DNA of 64,000 bases from IMG/VR virus record IMGVR_UViG_3300042898_002309, positions 33,025 through 97,024 of that record. One strand, given 5' to 3'. Source of the DNA: a virus. The position numbers were made by a program, and so were the translations under genes. The notes below the pieces were generated by a model. The model did not search any database. It was given only the letters and a program-made list of their open reading frames with translations, and was not told where the DNA came from. Shown in pieces: positions 21,201-31,115 of this stretch. The stretch's first letter is position 1, and each line of letters starts with the position of its first letter.

Positions 21201-23542
21201 GTTTGCCCAACTTGCATAACTCCTGCTGCAACATGTGCTGCTGTTACTACTGCTCCTAATCCATCACTACCACCTGTTGCTGGAGTTGGAGCAGCTTCAT
21301 TAATTGTCCATTTACCTCCTTGTTGTAATGCAAGTTCAATAACACCGGCTAATATAGCTGCGGCTACTGTTATATCAGCTAATAGTTTAAATTTTGGATG
21401 ATTATTAGGTTCTTGAAAATACTGTACTGAAGTACCTCTTAAACTACCATATATTTTTAATTCAGTAACAGATAAATATGGATTTCTAAAATTAGTATCT
21501 GGTGAATGAAAAGTCATTAAATTAGTTGGTATTGTTTGATCTACAATTTGATCACTACTATTTGTTAATTTAATATATGGATCATTAACACCTGAAACAT
21601 TTCCACCTAATAAACTTGAAAGTGGTCTAATGGTATTAAAAGGATAATTAGGATATAAACCAATTCTGTTTCCAGTATTGTTACCTTTAATATTATAGGT
21701 ACGCATATTATTAACCATACCTTTAGCAATAATACTTCTGTTACCCTCTCTAGACCCTCTTAGTATTTCATAACCTACTATTCCTGGTATATCATTACCA
21801 TCATTATCTTTTGGTAAAAATATATTAGTAAAGTTTACACCCATTAATCTAATACTAGTACCTCCATTAGAATAATGATTTGTAAGTAAAGAACCTGCTG
21901 TAATATTATCAGGAAACTTATGATGTCTTATTGGTTCAGCACATAAATCAAATTGTGGATCAGTTGTACCTGACCAACACTGAGATGATGAATCCCATAT
22001 ATCATGTCTATTATCTGGATACTTTTCTGTTGATTCCCAGTATCCCATTCTACCTGTTGCAATAATTTTACCACCATCAGGTAATGTTGTTACAGGAGGT
22101 AAACCACCTAAAGTTGCTGTATTATATACTTCAAATACTCTATCATTTGTATCTAAAACATCTATACCTGTTGCAGGAGCTGTTTCTAATGACCCTTTGT
22201 ATTGCATTGGGGCACGTCCAGGAATATGATATGATGAAGATTTATCTCCAGTACTATATACCCATCTAATAAAGAAAGCATATACTTCATCTCTTAGATA
22301 ACTTGTATTGCTTCCTCCTTTTACATAATAATCTGCAGGATATTCAACTGATACCCATTGTGATCTTATTTGATTAGCTAAAGGTTGATAGTTAAAATCA
22401 AATTTAGATCTTGGTGCAATTTTTAATAAATATGTATTAACCTCAGTAATCTGATCTGATGTTTCATATACAGGAGATCTTAATGGAAGTACTTCAACAG
22501 GTATAGTAATAAGATCATCTTTAATTTGATCTAAATGTACTACAGATGTACTTGTAGAATATAATCCAATTCTTTTTGCTACCGCACCTTGGTTAATTAC
22601 TTGTATTACTACTAATTCAAATTCATCAAAATGTTTTGTATCAGCTGTAATTAATATATCAATACATCCTTGTACATCATTAATATTCCAAATTGGTTGA
22701 GTATTACTTGGTGAAAAATAATCTGTAACTCTTTGACCTTTAATAGTATATGCAAGAGTTGCAAAGTATGATCCATTTCTTAATACACCTCCACCAATAC
22801 CTGGTACAACTTGAATAGTTGGTGTATCCATTAATCTTGAAAGTCTTAATTCTTCACAATTTAATGTAGTTAAATCTTTACATATAATACATCCTACAGG
22901 AATATAACCACCTGGAGCTGGTACTATAATATTATTTTCATCTTTACATTCTTGATTCCATTGAATTCCTGGCCATTGAATATTTACACCTGATCCATTT
23001 GCATATGTATTACTACCAATCCATATATAATCAGGAGTTGGCCATAATGCATCATCTCCAACATTTAAATATCTATCAGGATTTCTACCATCAGCAAAAT
23101 ATACAGACCATGAACAGTCTTCTTTTTCTCTTGATGCACCTGTAATTAAAAATTGTTTATCAAAATTTAAACAAAGATCTTGCACCATAATTCTATATCT
23201 ACAACTATCTTCTTCAAATAATCCTATTTCACATCCAGTAGCTGCACCAACTCCTGATGTTGGATGTGCTACAGTAAAAAGGACCCATTTATCACTATAT
23301 AAATGTATTGCACCTATAATATATTTTTTACCAGAAAGTGTTGCTCCTGCTTCTGCACATAATATATTTGATGTTTCATTTGATAATGTACCAACATTAC
23401 CTTCTAAAGTATTGTTAACTGCATTACGTGCATGAGTCCACATGCCCTCACTTACAAATGTAGGATCTGAATCTTTATTTAATCCCTTTATAAAGGTGTT
23501 AGTTTTATTTTGACTTGTATCTTGTATATTTTTCTTTGCCAT
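18245..23542 (-). CDS. Tail stabilisation / muzzle protein (P22 gp10-like, crAss-type)
   Basis: N-terminal FIKGLNKD...ARNAVN motif, beta-propeller-like character, WISFHDW near the C-terminus, 1765 aa, directly after the tail ring genes. Confidence 0.75.
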   Translation of the reverse strand: MAKKNIQDTSQNKTNTFIKGLNKDSDPTFVSEGMWTHARNAVNNTLEGNVGTLSNETSNILCAEAGATLSGKKYIIGAIHLYSDKWVLFTVAHPTSGVGAATGCEIGLFEEDSCRYRIMVQDLCLNFDKQFLITGASREKEDCSWSVYFADGRNPDRYLNVGDDALWPTPDYIWIGSNTYANGSGVNIQWPGIQWNQECKDENNIIVPAPGGYIPVGCIICKDLTTLNCEELRLSRLMDTPTIQVVPGIGGGVLRNGSYFATLAYTIKGQRVTDYFSPSNTQPIWNINDVQGCIDILITADTKHFDEFELVVIQVINQGAVAKRIGLYSTSTSVVHLDQIKDDLITIPVEVLPLRSPVYETSDQITEVNTYLLKIAPRSKFDFNYQPLANQIRSQWVSVEYPADYYVKGGSNTSYLRDEVYAFFIRWVYSTGDKSSSYHIPGRAPMQYKGSLETAPATGIDVLDTNDRVFEVYNTATLGGLPPVTTLPDGGKIIATGRMGYWESTEKYPDNRHDIWDSSSQCWSGTTDPQFDLCAEPIRHHKFPDNITAGSLLTNHYSNGGTSIRLMGVNFTNIFLPKDNDGNDIPGIVGYEILRGSREGNRSIIAKGMVNNMRTYNIKGNNTGNRIGLYPNYPFNTIRPLSSLLGGNVSGVNDPYIKLTNSSDQIVDQTIPTNLMTFHSPDTNFRNPYLSVTELKIYGSLRGTSVQYFQEPNNHPKFKLLADITVAAAILAGVIELALQQGGKWTINEAAPTPATGGSDGLGAVVTAAHVAAGVMQVGQTTYQAALSTYLSTGLYLTDALNPLGNPLFAGIYGAYITANTTSAGLGGTGVTGRSYTKDVPKYQYAGIFGIANFVQQSFFYFSEGANTTIRLVYALIPYRQYALQAIAEGFYSSFAAPVTGKRQRFNIEDSLYLKNNIQGLKPFSGISYIINNLQRQTTVTLRTTNNLNQNFGPDYILNPSTATGYGDTSLVTLGTAIQAGIGLPVDMKSKKTNEFNLSIASHYVGIKVRLRNQYGQLDSLKEIPITPSEQKLNYNNQNIPVTFSSFWCTISTPYGTAAKLVTLETITQTPVLFGGDTYVNRYTEKNNMFFFYDWLYGQPDGYEYNYILRHMIAEPRFWANSEEYDVGDLTPSSIADLINPPAGTGLLPTGFYNLDYYVNSIRKYKYSNDTASGFPDTYPGVFGAKNSYFYLANSSVRDFFVESDVIVDFRQPGLETWQKNYDVNSYTNLPEMFNMDPNTITQGNYYAYDYSLSISKIFTQYFSQGNLQSRYYNPVVSQLCYTYYPDRVVYSLPQQNWSTKDSWFVYLVNNFHDFKNRITSIKPYAKTGMFITFQNASPLMYQGVDTLTTELGTKLTIGDGGLFSNPPQNITISDVEYEYGSSQNKFGVIGTPAGMYYMSQNQGRVFSFAQGLTEISQAGMKWWFSLFLPYKLTEDFPEYPHTDNPVAGIGTQAVYDNYNGVIYFCKKDYKLKPQYANRVVYFSYGDYFLVDGIAKVELGNPLIFESASWTTSFDPKSQHWISFHDWHPDFVLPARQYFATTKGGKVWKHNAVCNSYCKFYGVQHPFEVEIPLITGQTVTTLKSIEYILECYKNHSNNCVDQFHVLDYNFDKAVIFNSEQVSGYLNLNIFPKNNITLANTYPLINPTSIDILFSKEENKYRFNQFWDITRNRGEFPIGSNYPPTGPLVPSTTVLAGSYDQESIWVTQANGYIKTLTPTNLNYNKTELQRKKFRNYLNFLYLSRTDSQDVNMIIKLSNSKNQISLR

Positions 23543-23554
23543 AACATAATAATA

Positions 23555-24571
23555 TTATAATATCCGCATACTGTTATAGTTAAAACTTTTAAACATGTCA
23601 TAGTATTTAGAATACTGTGCTCTTCTGTTAGCCATCCATAACCCTTTCATCTCTGCAAAGTTAGGTGTATTAACAATTGATAAAGCATAATTTCTTGCAG
23701 CTTTTAATCTTTGTTCTATAAGTTGTAATTTTTGTACTACATCTTCACCATTAAGATATAAGTTTTCAAATATTCTTTGCTTTACAGCATATTCATAATA
23801 CTCATTAATTTCATCATGATCTGGAACTAATAAGTTACCATTATCATCTTCTAGTGCTCCTTGATAATTAATATATACTTTACCACAATCAAAAGTAGTA
23901 TGTAAGAAACCATCTTTAATCCATGCTTCATTAGCTGCATTAAGATAAAGATTAGGACAATCACATTCTATTTCTCTTGAAGATCTAAACCTTAAAGGAA
24001 TTAGTGATTCATATATTCTTGTTTCTCCAGTAGGTATTACTTGAATTAATTCAAATGCTTCACCTTTACAGTTAGAAAATACTCTTGGTCTTATACAAGT
24101 ATTACCAAATGGATTATTAGGATCATATTGTGGAACTAATATAGGAGTATTATTAAATGTAGTATCTGCACAAGCAATAGTATGATTACATGGGTTAGCA
24201 TTACAAGTACTACAATTAACTGTAGGGGGTGCACATATATCTACTGTACTTGGTACTTCAGTATAAGGTACTTCCATAGTAGTAGTACCTCCAGATTGAT
24301 ATCCTACCTCTTGTCTAAATGATCCACATATTGACCCAAAGTTCATTACATAAAAATCATCAGGTAATTTTACCTTATGATGTTCTACTTCTAATATGGC
24401 TTCTTTAGTCATATTAATTCTAAGACCTAAATCATATGTTACTCTTTTTGCAACTTTAATTAGTTGTTGAGGCTCAATTAAATTTTCAAGAGCATATGTA
24501 TTTAAGTCAATAGTAACATCTTCCAGTAATTGGTCAAATGTTCTAAACTTGAGTGTATAGTTAAAGTCCAT
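23555..24571 (-). CDS. Tail tubular / ring protein with a Cys-rich insertion
   Basis: KVKLPDDFY and GKVYINYQGALEDDNGNLLVPD motifs; synteny before the stabilisation protein. Confidence 0.65.
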   Translation of the reverse strand: MDFNYTLKFRTFDQLLEDVTIDLNTYALENLIEPQQLIKVAKRVTYDLGLRINMTKEAILEVEHHKVKLPDDFYVMNFGSICGSFRQEVGYQSGGTTTMEVPYTEVPSTVDICAPPTVNCSTCNANPCNHTIACADTTFNNTPILVPQYDPNNPFGNTCIRPRVFSNCKGEAFELIQVIPTGETRIYESLIPLRFRSSREIECDCPNLYLNAANEAWIKDGFLHTTFDCGKVYINYQGALEDDNGNLLVPDHDEINEYYEYAVKQRIFENLYLNGEDVVQKLQLIEQRLKAARNYALSIVNTPNFAEMKGLWMANRRAQYSKYYDMFKSFNYNSMRIL

Positions 24572-25242
24572 TATCTTAATGAGTTTTGACTATCATCAGG
24601 ACCATTTGTAGGTACATTAATAGACATAGTTAATTCTTTTAATACATATTGTTCAATTTCACCAAATAAGTAATCTGGAAACATTAATTGGTCATCATTT
24701 CTGAATCTACATTCTTGAGATGTATCACATGTAAAACCTGTAATAGTATCTTCAAACATACCTTCTACTTTAATTGCTTCCCATGGAACATTAGGCATAT
24801 ATAAATAACCATCTAAATACCAGAAATATTTTCTAGTATTATATCTGAAACTATTTACTTTAGTCATAGAAGAATATGTACCTGGATCAGTTCTAAATAA
24901 TTCTACTGATGTATCTAATGAAGATACAGTACGTATAAGTGGCCCATTAAGTCCATCAAAAAACTTAGGTAGTCTTTCTTTAGTTCTTTTAATATAACAA
25001 CCAGAGGTAATACCAAAGCATCCTGCCTCTACTTTATCTACATCTATTAATTCAACAAATGTTAAAGTAGAAAATATTGAACTTATCTTCATTAACCTGT
25101 TCTGATTATCTTCTCTCTTTAAAAGAGATTTCCCATATTTTGAAATTGCAAAATATATTGTTCTATCAGTTAAGAATGGATCCTCCTTTACAGCTTTAAG
25201 TGCATTCCTAACTCTTGATATTGCTTCACCAATTGTTGTCAT
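24571..25242 (-). CDS. Tail ring / structural protein
   Basis: KYFWYLDGYLY motif; lies between the HU-like and tail tubular genes, the crAss-like order; overlaps its neighbours' start/stop codons. Confidence 0.6.
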   Translation of the reverse strand: MTTIGEAISRVRNALKAVKEDPFLTDRTIYFAISKYGKSLLKREDNQNRLMKISSIFSTLTFVELIDVDKVEAGCFGITSGCYIKRTKERLPKFFDGLNGPLIRTVSSLDTSVELFRTDPGTYSSMTKVNSFRYNTRKYFWYLDGYLYMPNVPWEAIKVEGMFEDTITGFTCDTSQECRFRNDDQLMFPDYLFGEIEQYVLKELTMSINVPTNGPDDSQNSLR

Positions 25243-25829
25243 ATATCAAATTCATTATATGTTTTTAACTTTTCTTTTTCAACACTTTTAAAATATTCCT
25301 TTTGCCTAGACTTAGTAAACATCTTACGTATTTTTTTCATTGGATCAACCTGTATATACATAGGCCAATTTTCTGAATATGTTTTAGCTACACTTCTTTT
25401 AAAGTTTCTAGATCCTGCAAAGGCCCAACATTCTCTATTATTAAAAGTATACTTAGTAGCATTATTAGTATAAAAGATTTTAGCAAGTTTGCCATCTGTA
25501 TCCCAATTTGTATTTGTTACTATTACTCCATATTTTGTTGACTTGCCAAAATCAATGTTTCTTCTAAACTTACTTGTTTGACATGTACCAATAAATATGT
25601 TACCTAAATTCTCTGGCAACTTTACACCATCCCTGGTTTCAATTACTGTTTCAAAAAATAAGTTATGAAATGTTGTACATATTTTATATAAGTCCTTAGT
25701 GTCTACATCCTTATACTTAGGATACTTTTCTTTAAATGCTTTATAGAATTGTCTATTTAATACATGATATACATCTTGTCTAAATCTTTTACCTTTTACA
25801 TCTGGTCCCTTAAATATTTTACTTTCCAT
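25239..25829 (-). CDS. HU/IHF-like DNA-binding protein (crAss-type)
   Basis: Basic protein; helical N-terminal part followed by GVKLPENLGNIFIG; conserved position before the tail genes. Confidence 0.6.
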   Translation of the reverse strand: MESKIFKGPDVKGKRFRQDVYHVLNRQFYKAFKEKYPKYKDVDTKDLYKICTTFHNLFFETVIETRDGVKLPENLGNIFIGTCQTSKFRRNIDFGKSTKYGVIVTNTNWDTDGKLAKIFYTNNATKYTFNNRECWAFAGSRNFKRSVAKTYSENWPMYIQVDPMKKIRKMFTKSRQKEYFKSVEKEKLKTYNEFDI

Positions 25830-25883
25830 ACCTTATACATTAATATACTAAAATTTTCAGACTTATAAAAATTACAAGTTAAA

Positions 25884-25891
25884 CAAATATA
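25884..25891 (-). promoter_or_regulatory. Bacteroidota-type -7 promoter element TATATTTG
   Basis: Matches the TAnnTTTG consensus; lies just downstream of a terminator and upstream of the HU-like gene. Confidence 0.55.
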
Positions 25892-25910
25892 ATATATATA
25901 ACTCATATAT

Positions 25911-25946
25911 AAAAAATAACCCCGGTAATAAAATACATACCGGGGT
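25911..25946 (-). terminator. Intrinsic terminator
   Basis: ACCCCGGTA...TACCGGGGT stem followed by TATTTTTT on the minus strand. Confidence 0.8.
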
Positions 25947-25993
25947 CTCGTTGTTAGCCACAGAAACCAACAAACTGCGACAATATTTTTAAA

Positions 25994-27289
25994 TTAACCA
26001 ATCATTTTACCATTTGCTAATTCTATATTCCAAGCATATCCTGTTCCTAAATCTTGTACACAAGTTAATGTTAAAGATTGATTTTTAAATAACACATTAG
26101 TTCCTATTGATGCAGTATCATCAAAAGTTAATAATGGTGACGTGCTTAGAACACCTGTATATTCAAGAATAACTGCTGGATCATAAAAAGAATAAAATAT
26201 AACATCAAATACTCTACCTTCTAAAATTTGCCATGTTGATAAACTACCTCCACCACCTTCTGTAGTAGCACTGATTTTTATAATATCTCCTACAACTACT
26301 CCTGATGAAGGAAGTGTTAAAGATGTAAATGCCCCTGTAGTATCTCTAATAACATATCCATTATTAGCTGCAAGTGTTACTACAGGACTAGGTCCTGTTA
26401 TGGTACTCCAAGTTAAACCACCACCACTACTAGGTGTTTGCCATTGAGCTTCTCCATTTCCAGTTATACATGTTAAAACTTTACCTACTCCTTCAGTACC
26501 ATCCTGTAATCGTAAAGCATATTTACTTAATGAAGTACCTCCTACTATAAATGTACCACCAACACCAACTGCAGGAGCATTTGCTGTAACTACAGCCAAA
26601 AGTCCAGTATTTGTTAAACTTGAATTATTAACACTTATTTCTAAACCTCTGTTTTCTTGAGTATTAGTACCAGTATTAGTAATATAAGCTCCATTTGTTA
26701 TACTAGTTGCATTTAATAATTGGTCTATTCTAACAGTTGTATTTTTTGAGGCATTGCTAACATACAAAAGTGCATTAGCAGAAGGGGCTGCTCCAATTCC
26801 AACTGATACACCATCATCTCTAGTAACACCTATTCCAAGTGTAGTTCCATTTGGAGTCCAACGTGCAAGATAATTAAGTGTTCCAGAACCTGTAACTCCA
26901 CCACTTGATATAACAGATAAAGGATTTGCAAAAGTACCATCACCTGAAAGTGTACCATCTACAAATATTCCTGTAAAACTAATTATTGGATTAAGTGGAT
27001 CTGCATTATTTACATATACACCACCTGCACCATTATCAGTAACTGATTGTATACAGTTTAAAGAATTTGTACAAAAAAATAATACAATACTTTCTAATGC
27101 CTCAGCAATTGAAGAATCTTGTGCAACAACAATATTTGATCCACAAGTAATATTTTTTAGTGTATACATTACACATTGTGCATCAAAAAATTCTGCACAC
27201 GGTTGTGGATTAGGACAATCTACTGGAGTTGGGCAAGGAGGTAAAGAAGGGTAAGCATCATCACATCCGCATTTTATACATGTATTCAT
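25994..27289 (-). CDS. Fibre-like virion protein with Cys-rich N-terminus
   Basis: GDGT..NPL, SGTLNYLARW and DGTEGVGKVLT...GEAQW fibre motifs; Gly/Thr/Ser rich. Confidence 0.55.
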   Translation of the reverse strand: MNTCIKCGCDDAYPSLPPCPTPVDCPNPQPCAEFFDAQCVMYTLKNITCGSNIVVAQDSSIAEALESIVLFFCTNSLNCIQSVTDNGAGGVYVNNADPLNPIISFTGIFVDGTLSGDGTFANPLSVISSGGVTGSGTLNYLARWTPNGTTLGIGVTRDDGVSVGIGAAPSANALLYVSNASKNTTVRIDQLLNATSITNGAYITNTGTNTQENRGLEISVNNSSLTNTGLLAVVTANAPAVGVGGTFIVGGTSLSKYALRLQDGTEGVGKVLTCITGNGEAQWQTPSSGGGLTWSTITGPSPVVTLAANNGYVIRDTTGAFTSLTLPSSGVVVGDIIKISATTEGGGGSLSTWQILEGRVFDVIFYSFYDPAVILEYTGVLSTSPLLTFDDTASIGTNVLFKNQSLTLTCVQDLGTGYAWNIELANGKMIG

Positions 27290-27300
27290 AATATTTTTAT

Positions 27301-28734
27301 TTATTTAACTTTTTGTATTGACATTCTTGCAACATCACCGGGAGTTGATGCATATACTGCATTTGAATTATTAAGTACTCTAAGACATAATTGATCACCT
27401 GCTGTTATAGGTCTTCCTAATACAGTTCCAGTTACATCAACATATTGTAATGCATTTGTTATTCCACAAGTAGCAGCTATATAATAACTTGTTCCTGAAG
27501 TAATAGTAATACCAGCACTAATACTTCCAGAAGTATAATTATCTTTTAAATGTACCCAAAAACATAAATTATATATTCCTGTTGAAGGACAAGTCCAAAA
27601 ACCTGTTAAAGGATTATATGCAGCAACATCATCATATTCTATATTAGTAAGTTTTACTAATACACCATTAGATAAATCTACTAAATTTGATGGTGCTACT
27701 ATTGGTAAAGCTGGAGGAGTTACCCATGCAGACATTGCAGGTGGTACTATTACATCTGCTGTTAATGTATATGTTGGTCCAACACCTACTGATAAATTTA
27801 CTGTTGCTGTATCTGCAATTGATTGAGCTTGAGGAATTACATCTGCACTAACTATATAAGCTGGTCCTCCTGTTACATTCATAGTAATTGTAGGAGTATT
27901 TAAACCAGTAAGAGTTGTATGTCCATTTCTTAAATCTTCAATACATGCCCAAATATTATTAATGGTATCACATATTTGTACTGCCGGTGTTACCCATAAT
28001 CCTGCATATTGTGCAGACATTTGTGCAAGAGGATTTGCTATAGAAAGATCAGTAGATGCAACAGTTTGATTTGTAATTGCAGTTGCTAAGCATCCAGCAT
28101 CTCCTGTTGTACTAACATAAGTACACCATACATCATTTATAAATGATTGTAGTATAAGATCAATTGCTTGTGTACTACCACTAAGTAATGTAGATATATC
28201 ACAACCTAATGTAAACTCAGGTGTAGTATATGATGGAGGTACTGTATTTTCTAAAGTAGTTACTCTTATATCTAAATCACCAATTGCTACATCTTGTAAT
28301 GCATTAACATCAATAATTGCACATATTTTTTCACCAATAGCAAGTACGTACTCAGTTAGATTCATTGTAGTTATAGTACCATTTATAAAACATGGTGCTA
28401 CTGTTACAATACAATCTGTTGGACATCCATTTGAAGGAGGTACATCAGGTACTAATGGAATGTTTTCAAGTTCACATATTTTAACTATTAAGAAATTAAT
28501 CAAATCAGTAAAAGTACTTGGTGCACAATTTACTAAATTAAAGCAATCAAGATCATAAGAATTAATATCTAATATATCTAGAATTGCACATAACTCAGTT
28601 GCAAGTTTCTCAACTACATCTGTAATAGAATCTCCTCTACATAAGTTTATACACTTTAAATCCGGACCTGCCCAAATTACACAATTTGAAGAAGTTGGAC
28701 TACACGGTGAATTGTCAAAATTTAATGGTTTCAT
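27301..28734 (-). CDS. Cys-rich virion protein with coiled-coil and C1q-like C-terminal domain
   Basis: YNPLTGFWTCPSTGIYNL resembles the C1q/TNF-like strand motif; LDIRVTTLE heptad. Confidence 0.55.
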   Translation of the reverse strand: MKPLNFDNSPCSPTSSNCVIWAGPDLKCINLCRGDSITDVVEKLATELCAILDILDINSYDLDCFNLVNCAPSTFTDLINFLIVKICELENIPLVPDVPPSNGCPTDCIVTVAPCFINGTITTMNLTEYVLAIGEKICAIIDVNALQDVAIGDLDIRVTTLENTVPPSYTTPEFTLGCDISTLLSGSTQAIDLILQSFINDVWCTYVSTTGDAGCLATAITNQTVASTDLSIANPLAQMSAQYAGLWVTPAVQICDTINNIWACIEDLRNGHTTLTGLNTPTITMNVTGGPAYIVSADVIPQAQSIADTATVNLSVGVGPTYTLTADVIVPPAMSAWVTPPALPIVAPSNLVDLSNGVLVKLTNIEYDDVAAYNPLTGFWTCPSTGIYNLCFWVHLKDNYTSGSISAGITITSGTSYYIAATCGITNALQYVDVTGTVLGRPITAGDQLCLRVLNNSNAVYASTPGDVARMSIQKVK

Positions 28735-28769
28735 ATCTTTAGTATCTATTTATAATATAACAATTTTAA

Positions 28770-30335
28770 TTAAGAATTGCAACCACAACCACAATTTATA
28801 GTTTGTTGACAACTGTGAGTAATAGGAGTATTGCAACCACATCCACAACCTGTATCATGTGAACAACAATCTTGAAAAGGAGTACATACATAATCAGGAT
28901 TCATAATTGCTTGTAACTCTAATAATTGAAATTTAATATCAAGTCTATACAAGTCATCTTCTGGACAACATGGAGCAATACCATATCTTTGTGCTATAAC
29001 GTCTTTATATAGGACCTGAGAGTATGAGCAAGCTATTCTTTCATAATATTCAGTTGAACATGCTGGAGAATTATATCCTGGTCTTATACTTTTAAAAGGA
29101 ACATCTGATGGACATGCATTATCTACACATGGACCATTATCAGTATATATTTCAGGAAGATCCCATTCTTGAGGATAAATCCATCTTAATACACAAAACT
29201 TTACACTAGTTGCTCCTGCTGCTAATGTAATTGATTTAATTGCATTATCACAATCTTCAAATGAGAAAACTGCAGTAGCAGTACTGTTATTAGTTATTGT
29301 ACTACAGAAACATACTGTATTAGTTAAACATACTTCACATGATTCATATACTGCCTCTACTATAACTAAATCATCTGATGTATCTATATCAGTTTCTTCA
29401 ACATAGTAACATGACTCAGGACAAAATTTAAGTTTAATAATAGATGTTAAGTATGCAGATAAATCAGTAGTAGTATATACTGTTGGAGCTATACCTGCAC
29501 AATCTATTACTGCATATCTTGTTGCTGCACATTCTTGACATGTATCATAAGCATTTGTAACTACTACTATTACTGGAGAAGGTACTTCACCATTATATAT
29601 ACTTACATAAAAGCATCCTTCATATTCATCAAGAGTTACTATTCTATTTAAATATGCAGATAAATCTTCTGATGTATATAATACAAAACTATCTGCTGGG
29701 TCACATGATTCTAATTTATAATTAATTACAGGAAGACATTCAGTACAATCTGTAAATGTAATAAGTACTGTTACAGGAATAGGAGATATACATAATCGTG
29801 CAATTGTTATTTCCCAACATCCTGGAAATTCAGCAAGTGTAACAATTTGACCAAGTGAATATGGAAATGCTAATTCTTGTGAATTAGATTGTATAACTTC
29901 ATCTGTTTCACAATTAGTTAATTCATAACATACATCTTGACATTCATATATTTTACTATTAGGAAGAAGCACACATGGTAAACCCATAGTAATATTAATA
30001 TCAGTGCCTACAGCATCTGGATATGAACGTGAACATATTCTTGTTGGAGTTGTTTCATTTATAAGATTATTAATAGAATCTATATAAGTTACATTACCTA
30101 TACCAGTAATTGTATAACATTTAGTTACACAAGGTACACATTGTTCTTCACTATATACTACAGGAATTAATGGTAATACTATACTAGTTACTATTGTTAC
30201 ATACCAACAATTAATTGGATCTAAAGCAGTAGGCATTAATTTATTAACATATGCACTACACAAAGGACAATTAGCAGTATCTGTATATATTACTTCATCA
30301 TTAAAACAATTATATAACTTATAATATGTTTGCAT
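28770..30335 (-). CDS. Cys-rich repeat protein (putative virion decoration)
   Basis: Repeated ~70-aa units Y-x-L-x-x-C...DLS-x-Y...C-(W/F/Y)...C-x-x-C; CGCGC twice at the C-terminus. Confidence 0.55.
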   Translation of the reverse strand: MQTYYKLYNCFNDEVIYTDTANCPLCSAYVNKLMPTALDPINCWYVTIVTSIVLPLIPVVYSEEQCVPCVTKCYTITGIGNVTYIDSINNLINETTPTRICSRSYPDAVGTDINITMGLPCVLLPNSKIYECQDVCYELTNCETDEVIQSNSQELAFPYSLGQIVTLAEFPGCWEITIARLCISPIPVTVLITFTDCTECLPVINYKLESCDPADSFVLYTSEDLSAYLNRIVTLDEYEGCFYVSIYNGEVPSPVIVVVTNAYDTCQECAATRYAVIDCAGIAPTVYTTTDLSAYLTSIIKLKFCPESCYYVEETDIDTSDDLVIVEAVYESCEVCLTNTVCFCSTITNNSTATAVFSFEDCDNAIKSITLAAGATSVKFCVLRWIYPQEWDLPEIYTDNGPCVDNACPSDVPFKSIRPGYNSPACSTEYYERIACSYSQVLYKDVIAQRYGIAPCCPEDDLYRLDIKFQLLELQAIMNPDYVCTPFQDCCSHDTGCGCGCNTPITHSCQQTINCGCGCNS

Positions 30336-30340
30336 CTTAA

Positions 30341-30478
30341 TTATTTTTTTGGTTGTGATTGTTTAAGTTTTATTTCATAAGCTGAAATACAATGTGTACA
30401 TACCTGTGCTTTATTTGATGCAACTCTTTTTTGACATCCACATGATAAATTTTTACTGCAGTTTGAGCATCTAGCCAT
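30341..30478 (-). CDS. Small Cys-rich (Zn-finger-like) protein, 45 aa, below the ORF-track cutoff
   Basis: MARCSNCSKNLSCGCQKRVASNKAQVCTHCISAYEIKLKQSQPKK; fills the intergenic gap and has an A-rich leader. Confidence 0.7.
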   Translation of the reverse strand: MARCSNCSKNLSCGCQKRVASNKAQVCTHCISAYEIKLKQSQPKK

Positions 30479-30499
30479 AATCTTTGGTTTTTTAATGGT

Positions 30500-31045
30500 T
30501 TAACAATTTTTACACTCTATTTTACGCATTATCTTTAATGCATAATTATATAAAGTCATTCCGTGAGTTGGTTCATGACAGAATTCTACTTTTGCTTTTG
30601 CAGCATCCAAGTACATCTTAGCCATCTTCAATATCTCTAATTTCTTTTGAATACTTGCAGGTGGTTCACACGCAGCAAGATCTAATTTACATAAAATATT
30701 ATTATAAATATTTAATGCTCTTGTAATTCTTAAATGATTATATATTACAAATACTGTATCATTAGGTGACACGCTATATTTAATAACATATATACCATCT
30801 GGTAAATCACTAAATACTGTACCACCACATCCTTGAGTTTGTAATTGTAAATCACATGCTGTAAGAATTGTGTTTGCACCTTGCACTGTTGTAAGTTGAG
30901 TTGAATAATTAAATCCAGGTACAGTTACATTTAATGTAGGACATGATACGGGCATCAATGGTGAATAAATACTTGTATCTAATATTGATATAATACAAGT
31001 ATTCATTACAGTTGGTACTTCTAAACTTAATAAATGATGTGCCAT
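30500..31045 (-). CDS. Putative virion structural protein
   Basis: Ig-like N-terminal half (LPDGIYVIKYSV) and helical C-terminal half; structural gene context. Confidence 0.5.
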   Translation of the reverse strand: MAHHLLSLEVPTVMNTCIISILDTSIYSPLMPVSCPTLNVTVPGFNYSTQLTTVQGANTILTACDLQLQTQGCGGTVFSDLPDGIYVIKYSVSPNDTVFVIYNHLRITRALNIYNNILCKLDLAACEPPASIQKKLEILKMAKMYLDAAKAKVEFCHEPTHGMTLYNYALKIMRKIECKNC

Positions 31046-31055
31046 AATAATTTAT

Positions 31056-31090
31056 AAAAAAAGGGAGGGAAAATAAATTCACCTCCCTTT
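31056..31090 (-). terminator. Intrinsic terminator
   Basis: AAAGGGAGG...CCTCCCTTTTTTT after the 31116-32417 gene. Confidence 0.85.
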
Positions 31091-31115
31091 GTTAGTAATA
31101 TAATTTGAATTCTAC

